A stretch of 64,000 nucleotides of DNA, taken from assembly GCA_964016885.1 (NCBI GenBank), contig OZ024740.1:159774001-159838000 (forward strand), written 5' to 3'. This document shows positions 1 to 13,855 of this stretch, in pieces. Origin of the DNA: Eledone cirrhosa (taxonomy: Eukaryota). Position numbers and translations under genes: made by a program. Numbering within the stretch: the first letter of the stretch is position 1; every line of letters begins with the position of its first letter. The notes under the pieces were generated by a model that was not told the origin of the DNA, did no database searches, and saw nothing but the letters and a program-made list of their open reading frames with translations.

Positions 1-1148
1 ATATGTGTATATATATATTTGTTGATACAATTATATATATATGTATATGAAATTCAGTGAAAAGATTTTCCAAATCATCTATTCAATATATATAACATAC
101 AACAGATTTAGTCGTGATGTAGATCTAAAATAGATCAATATTTATTTGATGCTATGCCAAAACTACTAGTTGTTTAATTACTATACTTTTCATACCATTT
201 CTTTTTGTTTTAATGTAATTGATACTGGAATTAAAGGTATGCCTTTTTGTGGATGTCATGTCCAAATACCTTTTAACACGTTAAAAATATTTCATTTATT
301 TATCTTGATTGGTTTTCTTTGTGTTTGATTTTCAGCTTATCAAAATCAATACTGAAATGTTTTAGAAATATTAATTTGAATTTTGACACATTTGTTAAAA
401 TCATTATTATCCATTCAATTCAGTTATTAAATTACTTTACATCATGACAGCATAGATTTTATTTGTTGTTATTTTGTGTTACATATATTGTGAGGGATAA
501 TATCTTCATTGGTGGCAGTGTTCCTACATGCAAGGCCGGATTTAATGGGGGGCAAAGGGGGAAATTTCCACAGTTGGGGTCCCCACCAGTGACAGCCGTA
601 GCAATCTCTGCCCTCAGCTGTTTTCTTTAGAATCTTTTAATTTAATACCTGTATGTATAACTTTTCAATTCCAATTACATATGCGAAGCTAACTTTGATA
701 TGTAAAATTGGTGGGTTTGCTGTGTATTCTACTTTCAGTTGTATTGATCTTAAAGCATTAAAACTATGTATCTCTAGCAGTTGACTGATGAGATGGGACT
801 GTTTCTATTCATTTTCCTGTCTTCGCCCATATTTTTTATTCATTATATATATGTATATATATATTTATATGTGTGTATGTGTGCATATATATATATATAT
901 ATATATGGGTTACGTTTAACAATATGAGAATAAGAGAACAAATTTAAGTAATTATTAATCCATTGTTTTATCATCATTTCAGCTGATCAGAAAAAAATTC
1001 AAGCCCAGTTCAACTTTACCTTTATACAGGGCAATAAAGCTTGCATTCTATTCTGCTTGGCCTAACTCATTTTAAAACAATGGATTAAAGTTTTGATATA
1101 GTTACAAATTTTATCCTAATTCGGCAGACAACTGAAACATACACTGAG

Positions 1149-1208
<60 letters not shown>

Positions 1209-1247
1209 TTACAGATGTGATGTTACTAGTTAAGACCAGAAAAAAGT

Positions 1248-2672
1248 GTCATCATCATCATTTTACGTCCGCTTTTCCCTGCTTGCAAGGGTGGGACGCG
1301 TCTTATTCAGCACAGCATCTCTCCACTTGTCACGGTCCTTCGTCATCTCCACCATGAGCTTCAGCGATCTGAGGTCTGTTCTCACAACCTCTGCCCATGT
1401 TTTTCGTGATCTACCTCAACGACGTCTTCCTTCAACTGGCATTTCCTGGCACTTCTTCACCCATCGGTCATCCTCCGTGCGCATCACATGTCCATACCAC
1501 CTCAGTCTCCTCCCTCGCACACTACATTCTATCCCTCTCAGACACAGTTTCTCTCTCAACACATACATGCTGGGTCATTCACACACATTGACATTGCACA
1601 TCCAACGGAGCATGCTTGCCTCATTTCTCTCCAGCCGTCACATATCTTCTGCAGTTGCTGCCCAAGTCTCACTACCATGCAGCATCGCGCTCCTCACACA
1701 GGCATCATATAACCGGCCTTTTGTATGCAGGGAGAAACCCTTCTTCGTGTCAGCAGAGGAAGCAGCTCCCTAAACTTCTTCCAACCCGTCCTTATTCTAG
1801 ATACTATGGCCTCGGAACACCCCCCTATGCTAATCTGATCTCCTAGGTACCGGAAGCTATCCACCAGTTCTATAGCACCCGCCTGTATTTGAAAAATGTG
1901 TCTATCAATGCGACTTCTACTGTCTAATTTCCCTGTACATCTACTGCATACGTATTTCTCCCTACCTGTTAGTTTGCCTGCTATCCCACTACATCTCTTG
2001 TGTACCCAGGATCTGCATTGTGGGATTTTATAGAATTTATGCCAGTTCCTTTTCTGCATATCGAACATGGCCATTTCCCTGACGCAATCAGAGTTTTGTC
2101 CTCATTTCTACTCATCAACACTTTTGTCTTAGCTAGGTTCACTCTGTCCTCTTGCTTCCAACTGCTGTTTCCAGAGCCAGAATTTATTCTCTAGCTCCTC
2201 TACTGATTCTGTTATAAGAACCAGATCGTCAGCATAGAGAAGTTCGCATGGACAGCCAGTCTTAAACTCCTCTGTAATGAACAAGTGTGGGCTGAGGACC
2301 GAACCTTGCTGTACTCCTACTTGTATCTGGAATTCCTCACTAAACTCCATTCCTACCCTCACTTTACTGACAGCACCTCTGTACAAAGTTTGCATTGTCC
2401 TCACAAGCCATTCCTCAACACCTAGTTTCCTTAGTGACCACCAGATGACAGATTGGGGTACCAAAAGCTAAGTATAGTGGCTTATTCTTCTCTAAGAATC
2501 TCTCTTGTAATTGTCTCACTAAGAAGAGGGCATCTGTTGTACTTTTCCCAGGCACAAAACCAAACTGCATCTCATCTAGTTTGATCCTTTCTCTAATTAG
2601 TTGTGCTAATATCCTTTCTGCCAACCTGATCCATCAGTTTTATACCCCTATAATTGCTCCTATCCAGAGCAA
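1248..2672 (-). mobile_element. 5'-truncated, degenerate RTE-clade LINE (subfamily C)
   Basis: Minus-strand fragments QFGFVPGKSTTDA, GVQQGSVLSP, LLYADDL, WVHKRCSG, FRYLG, homologous to the intact ORF at 23299 but frameshifted; short 3' end with (ATG)n tail at ~1248-1260. Confidence 0.92.
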
Positions 2673-2942
2673 TGCAGCATCTAACACTCGATAGCCAACC
2701 ATTTCAATGGCAAAATGAGAAATAAATCAAATTGTATTAATTTCAAGTGAGTCTATGTCTTTTGGGGAGGATCAATGTATAGCTCCACCCTTGAAGGGAT
2801 GGACATGGGTGAAGTTAATACTATTTGATTAATTTCACATTTTGCTATTGAAATGGTTTAAGCTTGGCTGTTGGCTAATTGATCCTATAATAACAATAAT
2901 ATATATATCTATACACACACACACACATTCACTTACGTATGT

Positions 2943-2973
<31 letters not shown>

Positions 2974-3114
2974 CACACATACATATGCACATTCTCACAT
3001 ATACATGCATATGATACTTTTGCTCTGTTTCCATTTACAGAATTCTATTCAGAAGCTATAGTCAGCCCAAATTTATAATATAATTGAAGGTGTTTGCTCA
3101 ATGGTGAATTAATG

Positions 3115-3549
3115 GAAATAGCTTAGTGGTTAGAGCATTGGGCTTGCAATCGAAAGGTTGTGAGTTCAATTCTTGGACCGGGTGATGTGTTGTTTCCTTG
3201 AGCAAGACACTTTATTTCACATTGCTTCAGTTTACTCAGCTGTAGAAATGAGATGATAGGACTGGGATCCCTATCATTCCACCGCAAAGTGGTCGTGGAG
3301 GTGCCACGGCAAAAAAGCCCCCACCTCACACTGTAAAGTGGATGTGTAGGCGCCACGGAAAAAAAGCACCCAGCACTCACTGTAAATGAGGTTGGTGTTA
3401 GGAAGTGTATCCGGCTGTAGAAATCAAGCCAGAATCAGTTCCCGTATGAGTAAGACAAGTTCAGCTGACTGGACACTGCCCACAACAGGACAATCCGTTT
3501 AACCCATGCTAGCATGGAAGAACGGACATAAAATGATGATGATGATGAT
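3115..3549 (+). mobile_element. tRNA-type SINE (family 2) with RTE subfamily B 3' tail
   Basis: A-box-like gcttagtggttagagc, B-box-like gagttcaattc, body ccttgagcaagacacttt; the remainder matches the RTE 3'UTR at 15460-15720; ends in (GAT)n. Confidence 0.8.
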
Positions 3550-4019
3550 CAGAGCACGAGGAAAGTTACTTTGTGGTATTTATTTTGGCCCTATGCATTC
3601 TGAGTTCAAATTCAGTTGTAGCCTACTTGAGCATTAGACTTAATCCATAGCTTTCTAATTTCAAATCTTTTGAAAAACTTTGCTCTCTGGCCCATCAAGG
3701 TTAATCCACCGTCCAGTTTAAATCACCACATGTCTTTTGGATGCCATTGACAGTCTATTTAGTTGTATGAGGTTAAGTTTCCACTTTGAGAATACTCTCC
3801 TCCTCTTTTACATTGCCAGCAGTATGAGAGGCCCCTGAAAGTGTTATTAGCATTGCTCTTCTTTCACTGACTATCAAGGTTGAAATTAAGAGACCCTTAA
3901 CTCCTGATTGAATCATAGGCATTTTAAAAACTGGTAGAGCCCATCTCACTGCTGGTCGAAACACAGCCAGCTTCTTTGAGAAAATGAGATAGAGAAAGAG
4001 AAGCGGGTGAGAAGAATCA

Positions 4020-4160
4020 GCCTCAGTACTGGACTGGTACCTTATTTATTTACCTTGAAAGGATGAAAGGCAAAGTTGACCTCGGTAGTATTTAAACTCA
4101 AAGCACAGTGACCCGAAACATATACCAAGGCATGTTTAATTTGATGTCCTAACATTTGAT
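4020..4160 (-). mobile_element. Degenerate SINE (family 1)
   Basis: Reverse complement of the gaggtcaactttgcctttcatcc...ggtaccag core seen in the plus-strand copies. Confidence 0.6.
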
Positions 4161-4734
4161 GCCTTCTCACTGGCAAAGCATTAGAATGAAAAATAATAAT
4201 TAACATTCATAACTCATACATGCAGATTTACAAAATGCATTTAGGAAATTTGCTTTGTATTTTCTGCATTTCATTTAATTTAAAATCTCATTTCGTGCAT
4301 TTGCTTCTGTAATACCTTTCAACATACCATATCTTGTTTACTTTACTTTAGAAAGGTAGATTTATTCTAAAAGCATAGTTGAAATTACTGATTAATATTG
4401 GAAATATAATGTAAACTTCAATTATATTCATTGTTAATGTAGCAATGAAAATCACTTAATAATTATCACTGCACAGCTGAATAGTTCACGCAACAGATTG
4501 AGAAGTGTATAAGTTTGTATGTCTGGTGTTATGTGTATGTGAATGTGTCTACAATGTAATAATTTGTATGGTGGAGAATATATTTCTCTACTGACAATTT
4601 ATATGATTTAATTGAAACCACATTATATACTAAACTGATTTCTCCCTTAGCTATATACTAAAGAATAACAACTCTTCAATGTTATTCACATTTCCCTTTG
4701 CATTTCTTTCTTTTTACATCCTCCCCTCTCTCTC

Positions 4735-4788
4735 TATATATATATAGTCCAAATCTTGCTAGCAGGGGAAATGGACATTAAATGTGGT

Positions 4789-4826
<38 letters not shown>

Positions 4827-5050
4827 GTATATGTGTATACATATGTATATGTGTATACATATGTATATGTGTATACATATGTATATGTGTATACATAGGT
4901 ACATGTGTATACATATGTACATATATGTATGTGTGTATGCATATGTATATATGTATGTGTACATATATGTGTGTATGCATATGTATATATGTATGTGTGC
5001 ATATATGTATATATGTGTATAAATATGTATATGCGTATATGTGTATATGC
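4735..5050. repeat. (TA)n and TATG-type compound microsatellite
   Basis: Direct reading. Confidence 0.9.
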
Positions 5051-5180
5051 ACAGAGATATCCATGGTAAGTTGTGGGGTCTAGTCTGCATGAAGAACTCA
5101 ATGTAATCCATATGTTGAAAATGTTGTAGGTTAAAATAAATCCCGGAAAACAATAAAACATTAAAAGGAAAACAGTCATG

Positions 5181-5400
5181 ATATAAGTTAAAACAATGAA
5201 ATAAGAGATCAAGTCATTAGAAATATACTTCCCTGTTTTACGACCGTTTCTAGGTGATGATAATACATCGTAACTATACTTTGTTATAGATCGATAACAA
5301 AGTATAGTTACGATGTATTATCATCACCTAGAAACAATCGTAAAGCAGGGAAGTATATTTCTAATGACTTGATTTCTTATTTCATTGTTTTAACTTATAT
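5181..5400. repeat. Near-perfect 220-bp palindrome (fold-back), probable Penelope-like pLTR remnant
   Basis: 5181-5287 is the reverse complement of 5294-5400 with few mismatches, centre agatcg; contains GAAAC-NNNN-GTA at 5331; followed by (TA)n. Confidence 0.85.
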
Positions 5401-5456
5401 ATATATATATATGTGTATATATTCTTTTGCACTTCTCTGACTCGTTTTCTTTATAA

Positions 5457-5564
<108 letters not shown>

Positions 5565-6004
5565 TTTCTTTCTTTCCCTCTCCTCATTCACTTATATACA
5601 CATTTAACATAATACAATACCAGTTATTGAATTCAGGTACATAACTGGCGCTTTGGGCAATACACCAATATCCATCAACAATTCTTAAATCAATCATTAC
5701 TATACATTAACAGTTAGTGTCCTGTACCACATGAAGCCGCACTAGCAAGATATTCTTGTAAAACATAAAAGAGCAAAATGACTTTCATATTAAATGTGAA
5801 AGTCTTTATTCTAATATTACAAATTTTCACAGCAATCTATTCACTAGGAAAGAGACCATAAACATTTGAATTAACACACCACTTGAAACCACCTTACCAA
5901 GATAATCTTGAAAAGTACAAAACAACACTATGACTGCAGCACATTAAAAAGTAAAGTTGTTACTTTACTACTACATTTCACAGCACAAATCACTTTATAA
6001 TTGC

Positions 6005-6210
6005 CATGGGGTGCTCATATGTAATCTATGGTCACAAGAAATGTAGTAGAATTACAGGCAGGTTAACAGAGAACATAGATTATGTATGCAGCAGATGTAC
6101 AAAGTGCTAAGAGCACATAGGAAATAGATGATCTCAATTGCCTGGGAGGCTCCCTAAAAGTTGTTGATGGTTTTCATTATCTAAGTGATGTAATAAGTCA
6201 TTGGGGGTAG
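6005..6210 (+). mobile_element. Old RTE fragment (PHD-like region)
   Basis: Translates to HKKCSRITGRLTENIDYVCSRC ... SLKVVDGFHYLSDVIS. Confidence 0.7.
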
Positions 6211-7040
6211 GGCACTTTTTGTCATGACACCTACATGACCACTTTACTGTGTAGACAGGGGACGTTTTATCATGACATCTACATGACCATTTTACAGTAT
6301 AGACTGGGCACATTTTGTCATGTCACCTATATGTTCAATTTAGAGTGTGGTGCCTTATGTCATGACACCTACACAACCTCTTTATAGTGTGGGCTGGGCA
6401 TTTTTTGTTGTGACGCTAACATGACAACTTTATACTGTATGTATGTTTATATATAGTAAGAGTTTATTCTGCCAAGTATTAAGAGTTTCAAGCTCAATGT
6501 GTTGATGTCATTTTACATAGAAACAGAAATACTGAAGAGAGGTTAGATTATTTAAAGAATAGAAGAGAGAGAGGCATAGAATAACACAGAGCATATATAA
6601 CAATATAAGAAAACAAATTGTTCACATCATTTACTTGTGTTACGTATGATTTAATACATTATATTCAACTAATTTTTATGTTATACTCAATTTAGTAGAA
6701 GATAAGAAAACCTTATTATATACTGTAATACATCAGAAAACAAAATAAAAGATTACACATTGACCTGGAAAGAAACATACTTAAAAAAGGATTTCTCCTA
6801 GTTTATTTTAAACCTAATTCTGCTTAGTTGACTGTATCTAGGCGATTACGCTGTCGAAATATTCGATAAATATTCCACTACGGCCGACGTGAAGCGCTAG
6901 TTTTGGTTATTTGTTGGAGATTCCTTCATAGAAGCCTCATTCGTATAGCCTGGTCTATTCGATTTTTTATATAGTTAATTATGCTAATTGGGAGAGGAAA
7001 TAGTATATATTTTATCTTGTGATTCTATAGACATGTTTTA

Positions 7041-7082
<42 letters not shown>

Positions 7083-7084
<2 letters not shown>

Positions 7085-7298
7085 TGTAAAGTGATCATGT
7101 AGGTGTCACAACAAAAAGTACCCAGCACACATTGTCAATGTGGTTGGTGTTGAGAAGGGCATCCATCCATAGAAAACAACCCAGCAACTCTCCTATAAGA
7201 ACGAGACAAGGTCACCCAACCCAACTTGCCTCTAAATGGGACACACCCATCTAACCATACTAGCATGAAAGATAGACGTTAATCAATGATGATGATGA
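7083..7298 (+). mobile_element. RTE/SINE 3' tail remnant
   Basis: ggttggtgttgagaagggcatcc...ccatactagcatg...gacgttaatcaatgatgatg, lying between (TA)n tracts. Confidence 0.7.
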
Positions 7299-7357
<59 letters not shown>

Positions 7358-8004
7358 GTGTGTGTGTGTGAATATGTATGTATGTCATGCTCAAAGGAAG
7401 GGGCAACAAATCTCAGCTGAAGAAAGATTTCAAAAATGTGAAGCACAAACTCTGAGCAGCAAAAAATTCATGATAGCATGATAAAGGAGAGTACATACAA
7501 ACCTTGGCAGAAAGACGAAATGCTAAATCATGAATCATATCACAAATTATGCAGAGTATATAGCTCACACACTACAGTCTTTGCCTAACTGTGATCAAAG
7601 AATATATATGCAGTGTAAGCTTGATGAAATCAAGATAAGACAATGCAAACTGTTTAATGAATACCTAAGACACACATCTCAAGTTAATCTCAATTTGATT
7701 AAGGCCATCAGCAGGCTCCTGTCATTATCAAGCTTGAACCATATCAATCCTCCCAACACATGTCAGCATGGAAATTAAAGATGGTGTACTTCAACATTTA
7801 GTTACACCTATTACACCCATGAAAATATGTATTTTAACATTTGTTATGTTATAATAGAATACATTATACAAAATTTGTGCAATCTCAAATTAACATCTGT
7901 GACACATATTTTAATTAATATATGGATTAGATGTATGAGTGGGTGTGTGCATGTAGATGTGTGTGTCTGTATATATATGAATTATATTATATTATATATA
8001 TATT

Positions 8005-8355
8005 TACGATTTGAGTTCAAATCCCACCGAAGTAGACTTTGCCTTTCATCCTTACGGGGTCGATAAAATAAAGTACCAGTAATGCACTGGTAATTGCTGA
8101 CCTTGTGCCTAAAGCAGAAACAATTATATATATATGCATGTATTATATATATATATGTATTATATATTGGTGGATTGGCAGTATCGGTAGAGGGTCGGAC
8201 GCCATGCTTTCCAGCAGAGTTACGTCCCTTTACGATCTGAGTTCAAATCCCGCCGAGGTTGACTTTGCCTTTCATCCTTACGGGGTCGATAAAATAAAGT
8301 ACCAGTAATGCACTGGGTAATTTGCTGGCCTTGTGCCAAATGTAGAAACAATTAT
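8005..8355 (+). mobile_element. Two SINE family 1 copies (one 5'-truncated, one full)
   Basis: ggattggcagtatcggtagag...gagttcaaatcccgccgaggttgactttgcctttcatccttacggggtcgataaaataaagtaccag...tagaaacaattat. Confidence 0.8.
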
Positions 8356-8421
8356 ATATATATATATATATCTTATATATATATATATATATATGTATTA
8401 TATATATATATATGTATTATG

Positions 8422-8456
<35 letters not shown>

Positions 8457-8554
8457 TATATATATATATATGTATGTATTATATATATATATGTATGATA
8501 TATATATGTATTATATATATAATATATATGTATTATATATATATATGTATGATA

Positions 8555-9941
8555 TCATCATCATCATCATCAACGTGTAACGTCTGTGTTCCACGCTTGC
8601 ATGGGTTTGGATGGGGGTTCTCCCACTTGAGGCAAGAGTGGTTGTCTAGCTCGCATAGGACTGTCTGGCGGATGTCCTTCCTAACACCAACCACATTTAC
8701 AGTGTGGGGCTGGGAGGTTTTTACCATGTTGCCTATACGGCCACATTACAGCGTGAACTGTCTGGCGGGTTTTCTACAGCTGGATGCCCTTCCTAACACC
8801 AACCACATTTACAGTGTGGGGCTGGGAAGTTTTTACCGTGTTGCCTACACGGCCACATTACAGCGTGGACTGTGTGTTTTTTTGTCGTGACACCTACACG
8901 ATCTCCTTTGTTTCGGCCTGGATGTTGTGGCACCAACATAACTTTACATTGAAAGGGGCGGTGTGGATGGGGTGGGGGTGGTGGGACGAGGGTGTATTTC
9001 GTTAGAGGTGCCTACTGACTGTAGGTTTCGCTTTGTACTTAGGCAAGGCGGGTCTTCTGTATAACGCTGTAGCTCCAAAGATCTCGGTCCCGTGACATTG
9101 TCTTGGAGAGGTGTAAGTGTGTGAGGTCGGAATTTATCAAGTCGTCCCAGGTTTTTCTGGGTCTGCCTATTCCGTGGCTACCGTCTATCTTTATTGCCCT
9201 GCACTTTGTTATACAGCTATCGCCTTCCATGTGCATCACGTGACCATACCAACGTAGCCTTCTCTCAAGTAAACAACATCTGATCCCTCTTATTTCTAAT
9301 TTTTTCCTTAGTTCGTTTATGCTTTGCCGTTCACATATATTACTATTACACATCCAGCGGAGCATGCAAGCTTCATTCCTCTCTAGTCTGCGTATATCCT
9401 CTGCACACAATGCCCAGGTCTCACTGCCATGCAACATTGCTGTTCGTATGCAGGCATCATACAACCTGCCTTTCATTTTTAGGGAGAACCCTTTAGCGGC
9501 TAATAGTGGTATAAGCTCTCTGAACTTTTTCCATCCAGTTCTGACTCTAGCTACTGTACTTTCAGAGCACCCTCCCCCACTGCTGATTCTGTCACCCAGG
9601 TAACGGAAGCTGTCCACTATTTATATAGAGCGCTCTGCGCAGTTGAAAGAGCTAGTATTTTGTGGGCACTTGCTGCTACTTATTGCACCAGAGCACCGGC
9701 CACATGTAAAATCTATGTTCTTAGTTAGCTTACCTGTGATCCCACTACATCTTTTATGCACCTATACTTTGCATTTCGGACACAAAATGGAGTTTCTACC
9801 TACGCCTTTCCTACACACTGAGCATGGCCACTTCCCGGAAGGGACCGCCGCCTTATTTTCTTTCCTACAAACTAGAACTTTGATCTTAGCCAGGTTAATT
9901 TTAAGGCCTTTTGATTTTAGGCCGTGCTTCCATGTTTGGAA
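8555..9941 (-). mobile_element. 5'-truncated RTE LINE (subfamily A)
   Basis: ORF 9039-9617 is nearly identical to the C-terminus of 23299-26475; 3'UTR has an internal ~95-bp duplication; (ATG)n tail. Confidence 0.95.
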
Positions 9942-10131
9942 TGATATATATATATAATATATATCTTATATATATATATATATGTATTATGTATATATAT
10001 ATATATTATATATATATATATATGTATTATATATATATATGATATATATATGTATTATATATATAATACATATGTATTATATATATATATGTATGATATA
10101 TATATGTATTATATAAATAATACATACGTAT

Positions 10132-10164
<33 letters not shown>

Positions 10165-10187
10165 GTATGTATTATATATATATATAT

Positions 10188-10527
10188 ATCATCATCATTT
10201 CATTTTACGTCAGCTTTTTCCCTGCGCGCAAGGGTGGGACGGGAACTGATTCTGGCTTGATTTCTACAGCTGGATGCCCTTCCTAACACCAACCTCATTT
10301 ACAGTGAGTGCTGGGTGCTTTTTTGCCTTGGCACATCCACGATAACTTTGCAGTGGAACGATATGGGCCCCAGTCCCTATCATCTCATTTCTACAGCTGA
10401 GTAAACTGGAGCAATTTGAAATAAAGTGTCTTGCTCAAGCAAACAACACATCACCCGATCTGAGAATTGAACTCAAGCCTTTCGATTGCAAAGCCAATGC
10501 TCTAACCACTAAGCCATGTGTCTCCAT
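10188..10527 (-). mobile_element. SINE family 2 with subfamily-C-type terminal tail
   Basis: Reverse complement of the 3115 and 21666 copies; ends in cccttgcgcgcagggaaaaagctgacgtaaaatg. Confidence 0.8.
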
Positions 10528-10569
10528 ATATCTGTATGTATTATATTATATATATATATTTTTATTTTC

Positions 10570-11700
10570 ATGTCCCAAATGCAAAGTTTGGGTGCATAAA
10601 AGGTGTAGTGGGATCACAGGTAAGCTAACAAAGAATATAGATTTTATACGTGACCAGTGCTCTGGTGCAATAAGTACCAGCAAGTGCCCAGATTATACTA
10701 GCTCATTCCATTGCACAGATGGTTCTATAGAAATAGTGGACAGCTTCCGTTACCTGGGTAATAAAATCAGCAGTGGGGGAGGGTGATCTGAAAGTACAGT
10801 AGCTAGAGTCAGAACGGGATGGAAAAAGTTCATAGAGCTTATACCACTATTGGCTGCTAAAGGGTTCTCTCTAAAAATGAAAGGCAGGCTGTATGATGCC
10901 TGCATACGAACAGCAATATTACATGGCAGTGAGACCTGGGCATTGTGTGCAGAGGATATACGCAGACTGGAGAGAAATAAAGCTTGCATGCTCCGCTGGA
11001 TGTGTAATAGTAATATACGTGAACGGCAAAGCATAAACGAACTAAGGGAGAAATTAGGAATAAGAGGGATCAGATGTTGTTTACTCGAGAGAAGACTACG
11101 TTGGTATGGTCACGTGATGCGCATCAAAGACGACAGCTGTATAAAAAACTGCAGGGCGATAAAAATAGACGGTAGCCACAGAGTAGGCAGACCCAGAAAA
11201 ACCTGGGACGACTTGATAAATTCCGACCTCACACACTTCCACCTCTCCAAGACAATGTCACTGGACCGAGATCTTGGGCGCTACAGCGTTATACAGAAGA
11301 CCCGCCTTGCCTAAGTACAAAGCGAAACCTACAGTCAGTAGGCACCTCTAACAAAATACACCCCCGTCCCACTACCCCCACCCCATCCACACCACCCCCT
11401 TAAATGTGAAGTTATGTTGGTACCACAACATCCAGTCCGAAACATATGAGGTCGTGTAGGTGTCACGACAAAAAAACACACAGTCCACGCTGTAATGTGG
11501 CCGTGTAGGTAACACGGTAAAAACCTCCCAGTACACACTGTAAACGTAGTTCGTGTTAGGAAGGGCATCCAGCCGTGGAAAACCCGCCAGACAGTCCCGA
11601 GCAAGACAACCAATCTTGCCTCAAGTGGGAAAACTCCCGTCCAAACCAATGCAAGCGTGAAAGATGGATGTTAAACGAAGATGATGATGATAATGATGAT
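10570..11700 (+). mobile_element. 5'-truncated RTE LINE (subfamily A)
   Basis: ORFs 10592-10786 and 10850-11314 (HKRCSG, FRYLG, RRLRWYGHV, GRPRKTW), premature TGA at 10784, 3'UTR and (GAT)n tail. Confidence 0.95.
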
Positions 11701-11895
11701 ATATATATGTATGTATTATATATATATATATGTATTATATATATATATATATATGTATGTATTATATATATATATATATTATGTATTATATATATATGTA
11801 TGTATTATATATATATATATATATGTATGTATTTTATATATATATATATGTATGATAAAGAACACAAGAGCGTCTACAACATCAAAAGATTTTCA

Positions 11896-11945
11896 TTGGC
11901 TTACAATGTTTCTTCCTTACGTAACCGTAGGATTCGTCAGAGCTA
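11896..11945 (-). ncRNA. Minimal type I hammerhead ribozyme in a short Penelope-like pLTR fragment (~11855-12025)
   Basis: Minus strand reads gct-CTGACGA-atcctacg gtta cgtaaggaa-GAAA-C att G-TA-agc: core boxes, stem II and a short stem I are present. Confidence 0.6.
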
Positions 11946-12210
11946 TAAAAGGGGTTTGATTGGTGTTATGGGCTCTACCAACCAAACTAACCAATACCTA
12001 ACTCTTATTAACCTAAGTATTTTATATATATATGTATTATATATATATATATATATATATAGTATTTTCCGTAGTGTTGTAATATAAATATTACACACAG
12101 TAGATGGACAGCTCACGTAGAGTTTGCTCGACGGTTCCAGTTGTAGTTCCAAAAGTAATCCGGAGAAAAAATAGAAGGATTTAAATGGATACAGTTTAGT
12201 TAAAAGGAAT

Positions 12211-12331
12211 TTATTGACACGTGTTTCAATAACAGTTACATAATCTGAAAACAGCTGCTATCTACAAAGTATTAGTTATGCAGACATTCAATATTTCAAT
12301 GTTATTATCATCTGTCATTTCATCAGAATAA
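12211..12331 (-). ncRNA. Hammerhead ribozyme with extended stem II (left arm)
   Basis: ttatt-CTGATGA-aatgacag...ctgttatt-GAAA-C acgt G-TC-aataa on the minus strand. Confidence 0.72.
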
Positions 12332-12848
12332 TTTTACTGAGGACCTGTTTGGTTTTTGTAGAGAATATTAGGAGGGAGGGGTGAAGTTGTTAGAAGAATA
12401 GTTGAGGGAGTGGTTTTTTGATAGCAGTGAGAATTTTTGGTGGCAGTGAGTAATTAGATTCCCATCTGTTGTTTTGACATTTTTATAGAATATATTATTG
12501 GTTATTTTTCTAAATCTATAGAAGGATTAGAGATAGTATAGATATGCATGGTTGGGTTTGTGTTTGCACTTAATTAACATTCAGACTTAAATTTTTCTTT
12601 CAATTGTACGTATCCTTTCGCCCACGCATTCACACACAAACATATATGCACACCTCTACAAAATACATATACTCACATACACTTACTTACATGCTCATAC
12701 TTACATACATATACACATGCACATATATATATATACATATATATACATATATACATGTACATACGCATTCATGTGTATACATTTTCATACTCAGCTTATC
12801 TTTATATACACACGTATAGACACACATATATACATACATACTCCAGTC

Positions 12849-12882
<34 letters not shown>

Positions 12883-13160
12883 AACACTTTAATACATGAA
12901 TACACTTACATCTAACTATACACATCAAACATATATATATATTTACTTATTTATATACATTTTCACATATATATACATACATATGGTCGCTTCTAGACAC
13001 ATTCATTATAGCATATTTGCACCTATTCTCATCAGCATATCTTTCCATTATTATTGTGGTAATTTAAGGTTATTAATATACAAATATATGTTGAGAAGAG
13101 ATTGTTTTTATATTTTTCTAACTAGATTGAGGTTTATATAGTTGGGGGGATGTCCCTCTT

Positions 13161-13439
13161 TTATGTAATATTCAGCTTGTAGTGGGGAAAAAGGGTTTTA
13201 GTTCGGTGACGGCAGAATAATGTTCGTTCAATTCTGTTATTAAGCAATTTCTTCTTGTGTGTGATTATGTAATACATCTCAAGATTACACAATTTGCAGA
13301 AATTTTGGCTCCTGGAAAAGCTTTGGGTTTTAGCTAATTTCTCCCATTTTAGGGTAAACTTTTGATCGCTATCCCTGAGCGTCCAAGCTTTTTCTGCTAA
13401 AGTTGTTACATTTCTTTGGCTCTGGTGTTTTATTGAGTA
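13161..13439 (-). pseudogene. C-terminus of a Penelope-like (Naiad-like) GIY-YIG endonuclease, 5'-truncated
   Basis: Manual translation YSIKHQSQRNVTTLAEKAWTLRDSDQKFTLKWEKLAKTQSFSRSQNFCKLCNLEMYYIITHKKKLLNNRIERTLFCRHRTK...NIT*, with the W...CxLCxxE...LLNxRxE...CRH signature; absent from the ORF track. Confidence 0.8.
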
Positions 13440-13806
13440 AGAAATTGCTTAATAACAGAATTGAACGAACATTATTCTGCCGTCACCGAACTAAAACCCT
13501 TTTTCCCCACTACAAGCTGAATATTACATAAAAGAGGGACATCCCCCCAACTATATAAACCTCAATCTAGTTAGAAAAATATAAAAACAATCTCTTCTCA
13601 ACATATATATGTATATTAATAACCTTAAATTACCACAATAATAATGGAAAGATATGCTGATGAGAATAGGTGCGAATATGCTATAATGAATGTGTCTAGA
13701 AGCGACCATATGTATGTATATATATGTGAAAATGTATATAAATAAGTAAATATATATATATGTTTGATGTGTATAGTTAGATGTAAGTGTATTCATGTAT
13801 TAAAGT

Positions 13807-13855
<49 letters not shown>

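Noticed and set aside
7390-7778. 82-aa ORF faintly resembling a BESS/Harbinger accessory protein tail
   Set aside because: Similarity is impressionistic; no transposase, TIRs or splice support
12896-13796. Duplicated 81-aa ORFs on opposite strands
   Set aside because: By-product of the inverted arms over low-complexity UTR sequence
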